64,000 nt of DNA from Synechococcus sp. GTDB lineage: Bacteria; Cyanobacteriota; Cyanobacteriia; Thermostichales; PCC-7336. Every line of letters starts with the position of its first letter. Positions within the stretch are counted from its first letter, which is position 1. The stretch covers positions 32,001 through 96,000 of the forward strand of contig JBFRWN010000013.1 of the NCBI GenBank assembly GCA_051439605.1, given 5' to 3'. Positions 17,050-28,999 of this stretch are shown here, piece by piece. The notes beneath the pieces were generated by a model. The model was not told where the DNA came from. It ran no database searches and worked only from the letters and a program-made list of their open reading frames with translations. The translations under genes and the position numbers were made by a program.

Positions 17050-17791
17050 CCTCTGTCTTGAGCAAAACGACGCAATGGCGCACGCTGTCAGAAAGGGGGG
17101 TATGGAACGCGTCCACCTCGGCAATTTCTCCCCCCAGAGTCTCTGCTGCCTCTGCAACCATTGCCTCTTCCTCCAAAGTCCAGTGGCCGCGATAGAGGAT
17201 TGCCCTACCGCCAATTTTCAACAAGGGCAGACTGTATTCGGTGCATACTGCGGCTGGACCAATAGCCCGCAATACTGCCACATCAAACCCCTCCCGCCGG
17301 GGAAATAGTTCCACTCGAGAGGCAAAGCCCACTGCATTAGTCAGCCCCATGCGGGAAATGGCCTGCTCGATAAATGCCACTTTGCGTTTGGTGGAGTCCA
17401 AGAGGGTGACCGACCATTGGGGAAAAACCGTTGCCGCCGGTAAGCCAGGGAAGCCAGCCCCCGAACCAATATCAACCATTTCAAGCGGAATGCCGCATAG
17501 GGCTTCCCAAGGACCCAAACTGAGTAGACCGCGCAAAGAATCCCACAGGTGCTTCTCCCAAAAGTCTTGGGGAGAGGTGAGGCGGGTCAGATTCTGTTGC
17601 TGGTTACCCAAAATCACCGCTTCGTAAAGCTTTTCGAAACGATGAAGGGCTTGTTCGTCCGGCTGGCATCCTAACTCTGCCATCCAATCGCGAGATCGCA
17701 GCAATTCGGCCCAAGCCTGACATTGGGGGACGGCATCTGCAGGCAGGCGATCGGGTAGTGTCAGGGGGGAAGTATGGCGGGATTTAGACAT
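16982..17791 (-). CDS. rsmG: 16S rRNA m7G527 methyltransferase
   Basis: NLTR, KHLWDSL, DIGSGAGFPG, LLDSTKRK, C-terminal TP..FPR.PG. Confidence 0.93.
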   Translation of the reverse strand: MSKSRHTSPLTLPDRLPADAVPQCQAWAELLRSRDWMAELGCQPDEQALHRFEKLYEAVILGNQQQNLTRLTSPQDFWEKHLWDSLRGLLSLGPWEALCGIPLEMVDIGSGAGFPGLPAATVFPQWSVTLLDSTKRKVAFIEQAISRMGLTNAVGFASRVELFPRREGFDVAVLRAIGPAAVCTEYSLPLLKIGGRAILYRGHWTLEEEAMVAEAAETLGGEIAEVDAFHTPLSDSVRHCVVLLKTEATPEAFPRSPGAAARHPLGGGS

Positions 17792-17907
17792 GGGCTCGAA
17801 ATTCTTAGACCTCCACTGTAGCCGCATCCACTCGAAATCGCGGCCTCAGATACGATCCCCGAAGGGTACAATATCCCTGCTAAGACAGATTTTATAGAGA
17901 TATTTTT

Positions 17908-18372
17908 ATGGGCATTACTCTTACTGCTGAGGATACGCAATTTGATGTAGAGCTGCTCGGAGATGTCCTGCCAGGTTCATCAGATATCAAAGTAGCTGCC
18001 ACCAACAACCAAACTCTGAAACTGGCAGTGGGTACCGCCGTAACTCTGCGAGCTGACGAACCTGTAGGTGGAGATTACACCGTTACTTTGGCGTTGGCCC
18101 CTGCAGCTCCCCGCGGTTGGAGACTGTACTTGAGCAAGGTCGCTGGCGGAGCTACCCCGGTAGCTGTCAATCCTGCCTCCGCCTCTACAGAAGGTAGCTC
18201 GGCAGATAATACCGGCAAAGTCTTCGAGATCAAATTCGTGTCTGCAGGCACGAGCCCGATGGTGCGTACGAGCGTGCAAACTCTTCGGGTGCCCTTCTCC
18301 CGCATGTCCAGCGAAGTTTCCCGCATTACCCGGTCTGGCAGCAAGATTGTCAGTATCACCGAAATCGTTTAG
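17908..18372 (+). CDS. Protein with a C-terminal CpcD/ApcC-like phycobilisome linker domain
   Basis: The C-terminus KVFEIKF...RTS.QT.RVPFSRMSSEV.RI.RSGSKIVSIT matches the CpcD/ApcC capping domain. The ~80-aa N-terminal part is not recognised. Confidence 0.75.
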   Translation: MGITLTAEDTQFDVELLGDVLPGSSDIKVAATNNQTLKLAVGTAVTLRADEPVGGDYTVTLALAPAAPRGWRLYLSKVAGGATPVAVNPASASTEGSSADNTGKVFEIKFVSAGTSPMVRTSVQTLRVPFSRMSSEVSRITRSGSKIVSITEIV

Positions 18373-18570
18373 CTTTCAGTCCTGCTATCGGTTTCTGGGT
18401 CAGTTTGGGTCGAATTCTCAGGTGATGCTCCACTGATACCAGGTGCAAATCATAGTTGATAGTTGCCGTTCATTTCTTTAACCGCTAGGTCTTGGCTGGA
18501 GTTTTCAGGACTTAGCGGTTTTGCAGTTGAAAACTCTAGATATCGCACGTATGGTGGGTTGTAATTGCCG

Positions 18571-19407
18571 ATGAACGCTACCCCTGTTGTGTCCCAGTTA
18601 AGCCTCCAGCGGGTATTGGGGTTTCCGGTACATGTTCCCAGTTCCGCTGTTCCCAATGCACCAGCTCCCCATGCTTCTCCCTCCCGCAATTCAGATTCCC
18701 ATCAAGCGGGTGTATCCGCCGACCCTTTTGCGGCTTATCTGGCTTGGTTGGGCGATCGCGTGCGTAGCGGTGTTGGCACCCACACTATCACCATCAATGC
18801 CGAAATGATTATGCTGGGACGTCAAGATCGGCAGTTTGCCACCGCCTTGCAGGAGGCGGATTTGCTTGCGCCCGATGGAGCGGGAGTCGTCTTAGCCCTC
18901 AAGTTGCAGGGCATCCATATCCAGCGCTGCCCCGGCATTGAGTTGTCAGAACGGCTAGTAGCCATGGCTGCTAGTGAGGGATGGTCCATTTACCTCTTGG
19001 GGGGGGGACCGGAGGTATCCGATGCAGTATTAGCACAGTGGAAGCAGCGTTACCCCGATCTTGCCCTAGAAGGACACAACGGCTATTTTGATGCCGATGA
19101 AGAACGGGTCATTTGCGATCGCATCGCCACCTTAAAACCTCAACTCGTGTTCGTCGGAACGGGGTCCCCGCGGCAGGAACATTGGATTCGCCAGCACCGT
19201 CACTTAGTTCCAGAGGCTACGTGGATTGGTATTGGCGGCAGTTTAGATATTTGGGCCGGAACGAAAGAACGAGCCCCACAATGGTTCCGCGATCGCCATT
19301 TGGAATGGCTGTATCGCCTCTACAAAGAGCCTTGGCGGTGGCGCAGGATGTTGGCCTTGCCTCAGTTTGCTTGGTACGTGTTGGTGAATGGAGTAGTTCG
19401 TCAATGA
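18571..19407 (+). CDS. WecB/TagA/CpsF family glycosyltransferase
   Basis: TINAE, PDGAGVV, GIEL, G.GSPRQE.WI, GIGGSLD..AG..ERAP, LEWLYRL.KEPWRW.R. Confidence 0.93.
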   Translation: MNATPVVSQLSLQRVLGFPVHVPSSAVPNAPAPHASPSRNSDSHQAGVSADPFAAYLAWLGDRVRSGVGTHTITINAEMIMLGRQDRQFATALQEADLLAPDGAGVVLALKLQGIHIQRCPGIELSERLVAMAASEGWSIYLLGGGPEVSDAVLAQWKQRYPDLALEGHNGYFDADEERVICDRIATLKPQLVFVGTGSPRQEHWIRQHRHLVPEATWIGIGGSLDIWAGTKERAPQWFRDRHLEWLYRLYKEPWRWRRMLALPQFAWYVLVNGVVRQ

Positions 19408-20201
19408 TTCAAAGTCCTTCCCGTCGGGCGGCATCCAGCCGCTCTGCTGTGTCACTTGCAGCCCCTTCTTCAGGGGTACCCAGGTACACATCTGCAGTGC
19501 CCCAAAAAACTGTTGTGAGCCTGCAACAGGTTACGAAGCTTTACGACCCTGACATTGTGGTGCTGGATAACGTCAATCTGTCTGTAAAGTCTAGAGAATT
19601 TGTATTTGTTACGGGGGCATCGGGGGCTGGCAAATCAACGTTGCTGCGACTGCTTTACGGTGCAGAATCCATTACCAGCGGTCAAGTAACGGTAGCAGAT
19701 GTTAACTTGAGTCGCCTGCGCAGGCGATCGCTGGCCATGATGCGGCGAAGAATTGGCGTCGTATTTCAGGATTACAAACTGCTACCCAGCCGCACCGTTG
19801 CAGAGAACGTCGCGTTTGTTTTGCGGGCGCAGGGACTTTCCCGTCAAGAGGTAAAACGGCGCTTGGCCCCTGCCCTGAAGATGGTCGGACTTTTAGATAA
19901 AGCCGAACGGTTTCCAAACGAGCTGTCGGGGGGGGAACAGCAGCGGGTGAGCTTGGCGCGGGCGATCGTCAATACACCTCCGTTGCTGCTGGCGGATGAA
20001 CCTACGGGGAACCTAGATCCTGAAAATTCACGCTTGGTTTTACAGATTTTGGAGCGCCTCAATTCCTTTGGGGTAACCATCATCATGAGCACTCACGATC
20101 GCGGGTTGATTACCCACTCCCAAAATCGCCGTATCCATCTAGAAAACGGTATCCTTTCCGAGCAAACTGCAGGCCTGTCCCGCTCCACTTCCGCGGCGTA
20201 A
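19404..20201 (+). CDS. ftsE: Cell division ABC ATPase FtsE
   Basis: GASGAGKST, RRRIGVVFQDYKLL, LSGGEQQR, LLADEPTGNLD. ATGA overlap with the upstream gene; followed by ftsX. Confidence 0.93.
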   Translation: MIQSPSRRAASSRSAVSLAAPSSGVPRYTSAVPQKTVVSLQQVTKLYDPDIVVLDNVNLSVKSREFVFVTGASGAGKSTLLRLLYGAESITSGQVTVADVNLSRLRRRSLAMMRRRIGVVFQDYKLLPSRTVAENVAFVLRAQGLSRQEVKRRLAPALKMVGLLDKAERFPNELSGGEQQRVSLARAIVNTPPLLLADEPTGNLDPENSRLVLQILERLNSFGVTIIMSTHDRGLITHSQNRRIHLENGILSEQTAGLSRSTSAA

Positions 20202-20407
20202 TGTCTGAGGTCGCGAGGGCTATGCGTAACGCCATACGAGAGAAATGGTCTGCAAGCGTAACGTCCTGTAACTATTGGGATGGCGAATAGACTTACCCTA
20301 CATATACTGGTTCACGTTGAGACTTGTCTCGAACAATGACTAGATGTAGGGAATGGTCCCCTGACAGCCAGTCTAGATAGCGAGCAACCACAAGCGAGGG
20401 TTACACC

Positions 20408-21337
20408 GTGACCGTTCAAACAGGATTCTTTACCGGTATTGCCCGTTTTTTCAACAAGATTGACTATCTGTTGCGGGAAACGCTGTTGGGGTTGCGCAGA
20501 GGGGGATGGCTGAACTGGGCGGCCATCAGCACGCTGATGGTGTTGCTGTTTTTAGTTGGCATCAGCCTGCAACTGTCTTGGGGACTTGAAAACACGTTGG
20601 ACTCTCTGGGCACCCAGGTTGAAATTTCCGTATTTTTAGAGCCAGAGGTCACTGCCGAGTCTCTTCAGCCAACCATCTCTAGTCTGCCTGGAGTGGCCGA
20701 GACGAGCGCAATCCCCAAAGAGGATGCCTTTAACGAGCTTCTGCTAGCAATGGGGGAGGATAACCCCGAGCAAACCGCCGCCGATTTGGGTAACAATCCT
20801 CTGGTAGACAGCTTTCGAGTGCAAGTGAATTCCACCGAGCAACTGGATGAAGTGGCTCAGGTCCTGCAGGGATTGACGGGGGTTGACGAAGTGTATTACG
20901 GCAGCGAAGTGGTTAGCCGTCTGGGGCAACTGCAAGACGGCTTGGGACTGGGCACGATCGCGATTACGGGAGGGCTGACCCTAACGACTATTGCCGTGAT
21001 CACCACTACCATCCGCCTCATCGTGATGGCCCGCCGACGTGAAATAGAGGTGATGGCACTGGTGGGGGCCACCTCCACCTGGATTTACATGCCGTTTATT
21101 TTGCAGGGGGTGTTTTTTGGCATTGTGGGGGCGATTGCCGCTTGGGGGCTGGTGTTGGGGTCCCAGAAGTTAATGGTGGATGTATTGGCTAATATGTTGG
21201 CCATGCCTTTTTTAAGTATCTCAAGCGCGTCCTCGGAATCTGTTGTGGGGATTCTGCCGCTGATTTTGCTGGGAATTGGCACGTTGCTGGGGGCGACAGG
21301 TAGCCTGTTTGCTGTCAGAAAAACAGCAATTCGATAG
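20408..21337 (+). CDS. ftsX: Cell division permease FtsX
   Basis: Four-TM topology, NNPL.DSF, TIRL...ARRREIEVM.LVGAT..WI..PF.LQG. Confidence 0.93.
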   Translation: MTVQTGFFTGIARFFNKIDYLLRETLLGLRRGGWLNWAAISTLMVLLFLVGISLQLSWGLENTLDSLGTQVEISVFLEPEVTAESLQPTISSLPGVAETSAIPKEDAFNELLLAMGEDNPEQTAADLGNNPLVDSFRVQVNSTEQLDEVAQVLQGLTGVDEVYYGSEVVSRLGQLQDGLGLGTIAITGGLTLTTIAVITTTIRLIVMARRREIEVMALVGATSTWIYMPFILQGVFFGIVGAIAAWGLVLGSQKLMVDVLANMLAMPFLSISSASSESVVGILPLILLGIGTLLGATGSLFAVRKTAIR

Positions 21338-21377
21338 CGGCTTCTCAAGTGAGTTCTTTCTTCTTGATGGGATTATT

Positions 21378-21419
21378 AAAAGCAAAGCGGAGAGCTAAAT
21401 CCAGTGCTCTCCGCTTTGC
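21378..21419 (-). terminator. Intrinsic terminator between convergent ftsX and pdhB
   Basis: 14-bp stem GCAAAGCGGAGAGC / GCTCTCCGCTTTGC. The A-run at 21378-21381 gives a U-tract on the minus strand. Confidence 0.75.
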
Positions 21420-21487
21420 AGCTGCTGATATATTTATGTGCTTGATTCGGGCTTGCGGACACTCAATCGATTGCCCTTGCTAGCGGA

Positions 21488-22471
21488 CTATACCGCTACC
21501 ATCAGCATCTCCTCCACCTTGGCAATCACATCCTCGGGCTGGACGATCGTGGCATTTTCCAAAGTGCCGTTGTAGGGCGTAGGAATGTCTTGAGAAGCCA
21601 AACGCGCCACAGGGGCATCGAGCTCGTCAAACAGTTCTTCCATGATTCGGGAACTGAGCTCGGAGCCAATCGCCCCGGACTTCATCCCCTCTTCCACAAT
21701 CAGCACCCGGTGGGTCTTGCTCACTGATTCAGCAATGGTCTCCATATCCAGCGGCTTGAGGGAAATTAGGTCGATGACTTCGGGGTCAATCTCGTTAGCC
21801 ACCAAGGTTTCCACTGCTTTCATGACGTGGTATCGCATTCGGGAGTAGGTGATGATGGTGATGTCCTGGCCGGGACGGACGATCTCTGCTTTGTCGATGG
21901 GGCAGAGATATTCATCCTCAGGAATATCCTCTTTGAGGTTATAGAGGAGCACGTGCTCGAAGAACAGGACGGGGTTGTCATCCCGAATCGCGGATTTCAG
22001 CAAGCCCTTAGCATTGTATGGGGTGGAGCAAGCCACCATCTTGAGTCCGGGAACCGCTTGGAAATAGGATTCCAAACGCTGAGAGTGCTCGGCCCCTAAG
22101 TTACGGCCGACACCACCAGGTCCGCGAATCACCATCGGCACCTTGAAGTTACCTCCGGAGGTGTAGCGCAGCATGCCAGCGTTGTTGGAAATCTGGTTGA
22201 AGGCCAGCAGCAAAAAGCCCATGTTCATGCCTTCAACAATGGGGCGCAGGCCGGTCATCGCTGCCCCCACAGCCATCCCCATAAAGCTATTTTCGGCAAT
22301 CGGGGTGTCTAGAAGTCTAAGGTCCCCGTATTTCTTATAGAGATCTTTGGTGACCTTGTAAGAACCTCCGTAGTGGCCGACGTCTTCACCCAATACAAAG
22401 ACGCTGTCATCGCGGGCCATCTCTTCGTCAGTGGCCTCGCGGAGGGCATTAAATAAAAACGTTTCTGCCAT
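21488..22471 (-). CDS. pdhB: Pyruvate dehydrogenase E1 beta
   Basis: [29 protein letters not shown]. Confidence 0.97.
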   Translation of the reverse strand: MAETFLFNALREATDEEMARDDSVFVLGEDVGHYGGSYKVTKDLYKKYGDLRLLDTPIAENSFMGMAVGAAMTGLRPIVEGMNMGFLLLAFNQISNNAGMLRYTSGGNFKVPMVIRGPGGVGRNLGAEHSQRLESYFQAVPGLKMVACSTPYNAKGLLKSAIRDDNPVLFFEHVLLYNLKEDIPEDEYLCPIDKAEIVRPGQDITIITYSRMRYHVMKAVETLVANEIDPEVIDLISLKPLDMETIAESVSKTHRVLIVEEGMKSGAIGSELSSRIMEELFDELDAPVARLASQDIPTPYNGTLENATIVQPEDVIAKVEEMLMVAV

Positions 22472-22534
22472 GAATTTTGACTCAAATGATGAAGCTATTA
22501 GGGGGGAGAAAAAGGGGTTTGGCCGATGAACAGG

Positions 22535-23563
22535 TTACTCGTCCTCGGCAAAAACGTAGCGGTAGAGCTCGTCGACGGTGGGTTCCGGACTGTCGAGGGC
22601 AAACTCAACCGAGTCTTCTACTTCCTTGCGAATCTGCAGCAAGATTTCGTCAAAGTCCGCCTGGGTCATCAGGTTGTGCTCTAACGCGTGACGCTCGAAC
22701 ATGGCGATCGGGTCCTGCTGACGCCAAAATTCTTTTTCTTCTTCAGTGCGCAGCTCGTCGGGGTCAGCCAGAGAGTGGCCTCTAAATCGGTAGGTCATGC
22801 ACTCCAGCAAGGTGGGGCCTTCGCCCGCTCGCGCCCGCTCCAGCGCATCTTGAGTGGCTTTGCGCACCGCTAATACATCCATACCGTTGATACGATATCC
22901 AGGCATACCAAAGGCAGCAGCTTTCTTATAAATCTCAACATCAGAAGTGGCACGCTCGTGCAGCATGCCGATCGCCCAGTTGTTGTTCTCAATGACATAG
23001 ATAATGGGCAGCTTCCACAACTGGGCCATGTTCAAACATTCAAAAAACTGGCCGTTGTTGGAGGCCCCATCTCCAAAGAAACAGGTGGCTACCTGGTCGG
23101 TACCTCGATATTTGGCGGAGAAGGCAGCTCCGGTTGCGACGGGAATCCCCTCTGCCACAAAGGCATATCCGCCCAAGAAGTTGTGCTCGGCAGAGAACAG
23201 GTGCATCGACCCACCGCGTCCTTTGCTGCAACCGGTGGCTTTTCCGAATAGCTCGGCCATAACCGATCGCGCCGATACCCCCGCACTCAAGGCATGGACG
23301 TGCTCGCGGTAGGTACCTGCAACGTAATCCGTGGATTTCAGCGCCTTAATGACCCCCGTAGTTACCGCCTCTTGACCGTTATAGAGGTGGACAAAACCAA
23401 ACATTTTGCCCTTGTAGTACATCTCTGCGCATTTGTCTTCAAACTGCCGCCCCAACTGCATGTCGCGATAGATCGTCAACGCTTCATCGCGAGTCACAGT
23501 AGCCCGCTGATCGATCTCCGCTGACAGGTTAGTTAACTTAGGAGGGGCAAACTCTTGAACCAT
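22535..23563 (-). CDS. pdhA: Pyruvate dehydrogenase E1 alpha
   Basis: [22 protein letters not shown] motif GDGA...[14 protein letters not shown]. Confidence 0.97.
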   Translation of the reverse strand: MVQEFAPPKLTNLSAEIDQRATVTRDEALTIYRDMQLGRQFEDKCAEMYYKGKMFGFVHLYNGQEAVTTGVIKALKSTDYVAGTYREHVHALSAGVSARSVMAELFGKATGCSKGRGGSMHLFSAEHNFLGGYAFVAEGIPVATGAAFSAKYRGTDQVATCFFGDGASNNGQFFECLNMAQLWKLPIIYVIENNNWAIGMLHERATSDVEIYKKAAAFGMPGYRINGMDVLAVRKATQDALERARAGEGPTLLECMTYRFRGHSLADPDELRTEEEKEFWRQQDPIAMFERHALEHNLMTQADFDEILLQIRKEVEDSVEFALDSPEPTVDELYRYVFAEDE

Positions 23564-23897
23564 CTCAAATACGCTGCACGAGGCAGGATGTCTGGACAAA
23601 GTTAAGAACTCAACAGCAACGTTCTGCGAGCACTAGGGTCTGGCTTTCAAATTACCATACAGATATTTCGTTATTTTTGTGGATTTTTCTGCCAGCAATA
23701 AACTCAGTAGTTGCAATCACCTGCTGCAATTGTTTGGAGTTCCAGATGTTTTTTGGAAAATCAATTCTATTCTGGTGCGGCAATACGTATCTAGAGTCAG
23801 CGCAGACCGATCCTCTGGATGGGGCAGCCGCTGCATAGAATATGTCTAGAGCTGCACATGTAAGCCCGATTACTCGGTCCCCAAACAGTAACCCCTG

Positions 23898-26525
23898 ATG
23901 CAACCTACCGATCCCAACAAGTTCACTGAAAAAGCCTGGGCCGCCATTGTCCGCACTCCGGATGTCGCTAAGGCTGCTCAACACCAACAAATTCATTCCG
24001 AGCACCTCTTTCGAGCCCTGCTGGATGACACTAACGGGCTAGCGGCCACAATTTTCCAGAAGGCAGGGGCCAATATTGATAAGCTGCGCGATCGTGCGGA
24101 TGGGTTCATCAGCCGCCAACCCAAAGTCTCCGGTGGCAGCGGTTCGGTTTACCTGGGGCGCAGTCTGGATTCTTTGCTCGACCGAGCCGAGAACTACCGT
24201 AAAGACTACGGCGATGATTTTATCTCCATCGAACACCTAGTGCTGGGGGTCGCTAAAGACGTACGCTTTGGCAGACCGCTGCTGGCGGAGGGGAATCTGG
24301 ACGAAGCCAAGTTGAAGGAGATTGTGGACGGCATTCGAGGGACGCATAAAGTGACTGACCAGAATCCGGAAGGAAAATATGAAGCGCTAGAGAAATTTGG
24401 CCGAGATCTGACACAACTGGCCATAGAAGGCAAGTTGGATCCGGTCATCGGTCGGGACGACGAAATTCGCCGCACCATTCAAATTTTGTCCCGTCGCACG
24501 AAAAATAATCCTGTCCTGATTGGGGAGCCTGGTGTCGGCAAAACGGCGATCGCCGAGGGACTGGCCCAGCGGATTGTCAGTGGAGACATCCCCGATTCGT
24601 TACGCGATCGCGTTCTCATCTGCCTCGATCTAGGGGCGCTGATTGCCGGTGCTAAGTACCGCGGTGAATTTGAGGAACGCCTTAAGGCCGTACTCAAGGA
24701 AGTCACCTCCTCCGACGGTCGGGTGATCTTATTCATCGACGAGATCCACACCATGGTAGGGGCAGGAGCCACTCAGGGGGCTATGGATGCCGGCAACCTG
24801 CTCAAACCCATGCTGGCTCGCGGAGAACTGCGCTGCATTGGTGCTACTACGCTGGACGAGTACCGCCAGCACCTCGAAAAAGACGCTGCCCTCGAGCGAC
24901 GCTTCCAGCAGGTCTATGTCGATCAGCCATCGGTTGAAGATACCATTTCGATTTTGCGCGGATTGAAAGAACGCTACGAGGTGCATCACGGCGTACAAAT
25001 TTCCGACTCGGCGCTAGTGGCCGCCGCAACGCTATCGAATCGCTACATCAGCGATCGCTTCTTGCCCGACAAGGCTATTGACCTGGTGGATGAATCCGCA
25101 GCCCGACTAAAAATGGAAATCACCTCTAAGCCGGAGGAACTGGACGAAATCGATCGCAAGATCCTGCAGTTAGAGATGGAACGCTTGTCCCTCGACAAGG
25201 AGGTGGACCCCGCCTCCCGCGAGCGTCTGGAGCGTTTAGAAAAAGAGCTGGCGGATTTGAAAGAGGATCAGACGGCTTTGAATGCCCAATGGCAATCAGA
25301 GAAGGAAACCTTAGATGGAATTCAGTCAATCAAAGAAGAAATCGACCGGGTCAATATTGAAATTCAGCAAGCAGAACGCAATTACGACTTGAATAAAGCT
25401 GCTGAGCTGAAATATGGCAAACTAGCCGAGCTCCAGCGGCAGTTAGGTGAGATAGAGACAAATCTAGAAGCCTCCCAAACCAGCGGTCGCAGCCTGCTGC
25501 GGGAGGAAGTCATCGAGGCGGATATCGCCGAAATTATTTCTAAATGGACTGGTATTCCCGTCAGCAAGTTGGTGGAATCCGAGAAGGAGAAGCTGCTGCA
25601 CCTGGAAGATGTCTTGCACGAGCGGGTGATAGGCCAAACGGAGGCTGTCACCGCCGTATCCGAGGCAATTCAGCGATCGAGAGCCGGGCTTTCCGACCCC
25701 AATCGCCCCATTGCTAGCTTTATCTTCTTAGGCCCCACAGGTGTGGGTAAAACCGAACTGGCCAAAACCCTGGCTGCGTTCCTGTTCGATTCTGAAGAGG
25801 CGATGGTGCGTATTGACATGTCCGAGTACATGGAAAAGCACGCGGTCTCCCGTCTGATTGGTGCCCCTCCCGGATATGTTGGCTACGACGAAGGGGGGCA
25901 GCTTACCGAGGTTGTGCGTCGTCGACCTTACTCTGTGATTCTGTTTGACGAAATCGAAAAGGCCCACCCGGACGTTTTCAACGTTATGCTCCAGATTTTG
26001 GATGATGGTCGCGTCACAGATTCGCAGGGACGCACGGTGGATTTCAAAAACTCCATCATCATCATGACCAGCAATATTGGTTCCCAATTCATCTTGGATG
26101 TGGCGGGTGACGATAGCCGCTACGAAGAGATGCGCGATCGCGTCATGGTAGCCATGCGGGAAAGCTTTCGTCCCGAGTTCCTAAATCGGATTGACGACAT
26201 CATCATTTTCCACAGTCTCACCAGAGACCAGTTGCGGAAGATTGTGGAACTGCAGGTGGCGGCCTTGGCCAAACGTCTGGAGGATCGCAAGCTGGCCCTC
26301 AAACTCACGGACGCAGCCATCGATGCCGTTGTTACGGCTGGTTACGACCCGGTTTACGGCGCTCGCCCTCTGAAGCGGGCCATTCAGCGGGAACTGGAAA
26401 ATACGATCGCCAAAGGGATTTTAAGGGGGGACTACCTGGATGGAGCGACGGTGTTTGCAGATGCAGATGACGACGGTCACTTAGTGTTGAAATCTCTCTT
26501 CTCAGAGGTTGTGACCACTGCATAA
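23898..26525 (+). CDS. clpB: ClpB chaperone
   Basis: Two AAA+ modules ([16 protein letters not shown]), a long coiled-coil middle domain and YGARPL. Confidence 0.97.
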   Translation: MQPTDPNKFTEKAWAAIVRTPDVAKAAQHQQIHSEHLFRALLDDTNGLAATIFQKAGANIDKLRDRADGFISRQPKVSGGSGSVYLGRSLDSLLDRAENYRKDYGDDFISIEHLVLGVAKDVRFGRPLLAEGNLDEAKLKEIVDGIRGTHKVTDQNPEGKYEALEKFGRDLTQLAIEGKLDPVIGRDDEIRRTIQILSRRTKNNPVLIGEPGVGKTAIAEGLAQRIVSGDIPDSLRDRVLICLDLGALIAGAKYRGEFEERLKAVLKEVTSSDGRVILFIDEIHTMVGAGATQGAMDAGNLLKPMLARGELRCIGATTLDEYRQHLEKDAALERRFQQVYVDQPSVEDTISILRGLKERYEVHHGVQISDSALVAAATLSNRYISDRFLPDKAIDLVDESAARLKMEITSKPEELDEIDRKILQLEMERLSLDKEVDPASRERLERLEKELADLKEDQTALNAQWQSEKETLDGIQSIKEEIDRVNIEIQQAERNYDLNKAAELKYGKLAELQRQLGEIETNLEASQTSGRSLLREEVIEADIAEIISKWTGIPVSKLVESEKEKLLHLEDVLHERVIGQTEAVTAVSEAIQRSRAGLSDPNRPIASFIFLGPTGVGKTELAKTLAAFLFDSEEAMVRIDMSEYMEKHAVSRLIGAPPGYVGYDEGGQLTEVVRRRPYSVILFDEIEKAHPDVFNVMLQILDDGRVTDSQGRTVDFKNSIIIMTSNIGSQFILDVAGDDSRYEEMRDRVMVAMRESFRPEFLNRIDDIIIFHSLTRDQLRKIVELQVAALAKRLEDRKLALKLTDAAIDAVVTAGYDPVYGARPLKRAIQRELENTIAKGILRGDYLDGATVFADADDDGHLVLKSLFSEVVTTA

Positions 26526-26682
26526 GGGCTGGCTTGCAATTCTGGCGATCGCACCATCACAGTAGGAACATTCCCGGCCTCTACTCAGTCTGTGGCTAGC
26601 AAGTCCGCCCGATCGCTGGTGGATCGGGACACTAGCCGTTACTGTTAACGGCACGAACGTTTCTACTGTCGATCGCCCATCT

Positions 26683-27936
26683 ATGTCATTGTTGTTTACC
26701 CGATATCGCTGGCGCAGGTTATTCCAAGCTTGGGTGGCAGCCTGGGGCATCTGCTTTTGCCTGCTGGGACTTTGGTTTACTGCTCCTTTTTCAGTGGCGC
26801 AGAAATCTGAAGCACAGTTGCTATCCTCAGAAATTCGCGGTGTCTGGATTACAGCCAACGATACAGGGATGGTGAGCGAGCGCGAGCGCATGCAGGCGGC
26901 GGTCGATCGGCTAGCCAGTCTTAACTTCAACACGCTGTATCCCGTTGTCTGGAATTCCGGTTACGCCCTTTACCCCAGCACCGTGGCCCGGCAAGCGGGT
27001 ATCCAACCCTTTGTTCGCCAAGGCAATTACGGTCAAGATATTCTGGCGGATTTGATTGCCACCGCCCATCGGCAACAGCTAGCGGTGATGCCGTGGTTTG
27101 AATTTGGATTTATGGCTCCCCCTACCTCAGAGTTGGCGACGAAACATCCCCAATGGTTGACTCAGCGGCAGGATGGAACGAATACGATTACAAATGCTGC
27201 TGGTGAAGTGGTTTGGATGAATCCTTTTCGACCAGACGTGCAGCAGTTTTTTACAGAACTGGTGCTGGAACTGGTTACCCGATATGACATCGATGGCATC
27301 CAGTTTGACGATCACGCCAGCTTTCCAGCGGAATTTGGCTACGACAGCTACACACTAGAGCTCTATCGTTCAGAAACGCACCGGCAGCCCCCTATTAACC
27401 CCAACGATCCCGCCTGGAAACGGTGGCGGGCAGACAAGCTGACGGAGTTCATCGCCAAGCTACAGCAGGCGGTCAAACAGCAAAAGCCCAATATTGTTTT
27501 CTCCATTGCCCCCACCACCTACAGCACCGCCTACAACTCGTTTTTGCAGGATTGGATGGATTGGGCCGATCGCGGTATCGTCGATGAGGCGATCGTGCAA
27601 ATTTACCGCCACGATCTGAAAAGTTTCCACCACGAAATCCAGAAGCCAGAGATGCAGACCATGCAACAAAAGATTCCGATGGGGGTGGGAATTCTAGCTG
27701 GATTGCGCACCAAACCCGTTGATTCGCGATCGCTGGAACGGCAAGCCCTTGCTGCTAGGGCAAGGGGTTTGGGACTGACGTTTTTTTCCTACGAAAGCTT
27801 GTGGGAAAGCAGTCCAGAATCACCGGAAGCTCGACAGGCAATGTTCCAATCTCTGTTTGGTCGCAATCGCGTACCGCGATCGCATAAGTCTTTTGTCTCT
27901 TCTCCAACCTACACCTACAGTCGCGATGGGTCTTGA
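26683..27936 (+). CDS. GHL10/DUF187 glycosyl hydrolase-like protein, exported
   Basis: EIRGVW, NFNTLYP.VWN.GY, PWFEFG, YDIDGIQFDDH. N-terminal signal or TM segment. Confidence 0.88.
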   Translation: MSLLFTRYRWRRLFQAWVAAWGICFCLLGLWFTAPFSVAQKSEAQLLSSEIRGVWITANDTGMVSERERMQAAVDRLASLNFNTLYPVVWNSGYALYPSTVARQAGIQPFVRQGNYGQDILADLIATAHRQQLAVMPWFEFGFMAPPTSELATKHPQWLTQRQDGTNTITNAAGEVVWMNPFRPDVQQFFTELVLELVTRYDIDGIQFDDHASFPAEFGYDSYTLELYRSETHRQPPINPNDPAWKRWRADKLTEFIAKLQQAVKQQKPNIVFSIAPTTYSTAYNSFLQDWMDWADRGIVDEAIVQIYRHDLKSFHHEIQKPEMQTMQQKIPMGVGILAGLRTKPVDSRSLERQALAARARGLGLTFFSYESLWESSPESPEARQAMFQSLFGRNRVPRSHKSFVSSPTYTYSRDGS

Positions 27937-28018
27937 ACGGGCTTACCATTTGCTTAACCATTGTCGCTAGGTACATCCAACGTTAGGGGTCAGCACCACC
28001 ACCAATTTAGGATTGCGA

Positions 28019-28999
28019 ATGAATCGCTTACTAGTTTATCAATTGGGGTTGTGTGCTTTAGGAGCGGTATACCAAGCAATTGGTGACACGTTAGATCGCC
28101 GTCGTTCCCGTCCAGGTCACCGGGTGGATGTGGGTGGATACCGGCTGCATTATTGCGTTCGGGGTCAGGGTTCCCCAACTATCGTACTGGACCACAGCTT
28201 GGGTGGAGTTGAGGGGTATCTGCTGCTCGATCGGCTCTCTCAGCTGTCTCGAACTTTCATTTACGATCGCGCAGGGTACGGTTGGAGCGATCGCAGCCAG
28301 CATCCCCGCACTAGCGATTGGATTGTGACGGAATTAGATAGGTTACTAACGCGAGCGGGCATCGAGCCCCCTTATTTGCTGGTGGGAGACTCGTTTGGCA
28401 GCTACAACATGCGTTTATATGCCCATCGGTTCCCCGAAAAAGTTGCCGGTTTAGTATTGACCGACGGTTTGCACGAACGGGAAATGTTGGCCATGTCGGC
28501 CCCACTGCAAGGGCTACAACTGCTTTTTCTATCGGGATTTATCATGTCGGCATTTGGCTCGTCAATTGGCGTTGTTCGTTTACTGGAGCGCATCGGATTG
28601 TTTGAGTTGCTCAAGCCCAGGTTGCGGTATTTTTCCCCTCAAGCTTTAGCCTGTGTCAAATATTCTTTTATTCGACCCAAACATTGGGTCACCATGACCC
28701 AAGAATTGTGGAATTTAGCCAAAAGCGGTCGCCAATTGCAGGTGACATCTCATTTAAGCCATCTGCCCATCGCCAGCATTCAAGCGAATACTTTTCTCAA
28801 CCCATCTCTCTGGAATGTGCTACTGCCCATCAAAGCCGCCAACCAACTGCACCAACGCATGCACATTCATGTAAATCGGTTAACTCCAGCGCTCTACAAA
28901 ATTGACGCCGAAAATAGCGACCACTTTGTGTGGGTAGAGCGACCGGATACGATCGTAGCGGCGGTCTACATAATTCTCAACCGCATTTCAGCAGCTTAA
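28019..28999 (+). CDS. Alpha/beta hydrolase
   Basis: VDVGGYRLH, YDRAGYGWS, GDSFG nucleophile elbow, SDHFVW. Confidence 0.88.
   Translation: MNRLLVYQLGLCALGAVYQAIGDTLDRRRSRPGHRVDVGGYRLHYCVRGQGSPTIVLDHSLGGVEGYLLLDRLSQLSRTFIYDRAGYGWSDRSQHPRTSDWIVTELDRLLTRAGIEPPYLLVGDSFGSYNMRLYAHRFPEKVAGLVLTDGLHEREMLAMSAPLQGLQLLFLSGFIMSAFGSSIGVVRLLERIGLFELLKPRLRYFSPQALACVKYSFIRPKHWVTMTQELWNLAKSGRQLQVTSHLSHLPIASIQANTFLNPSLWNVLLPIKAANQLHQRMHIHVNRLTPALYKIDAENSDHFVWVERPDTIVAAVYIILNRISAA

Noticed and set aside
19113..19403. N-terminal extension of FtsE in the ORF track
   Set aside because: It overlaps the WecB-family gene. The ATGA-coupled start at 19404 (or a later one) is more likely.
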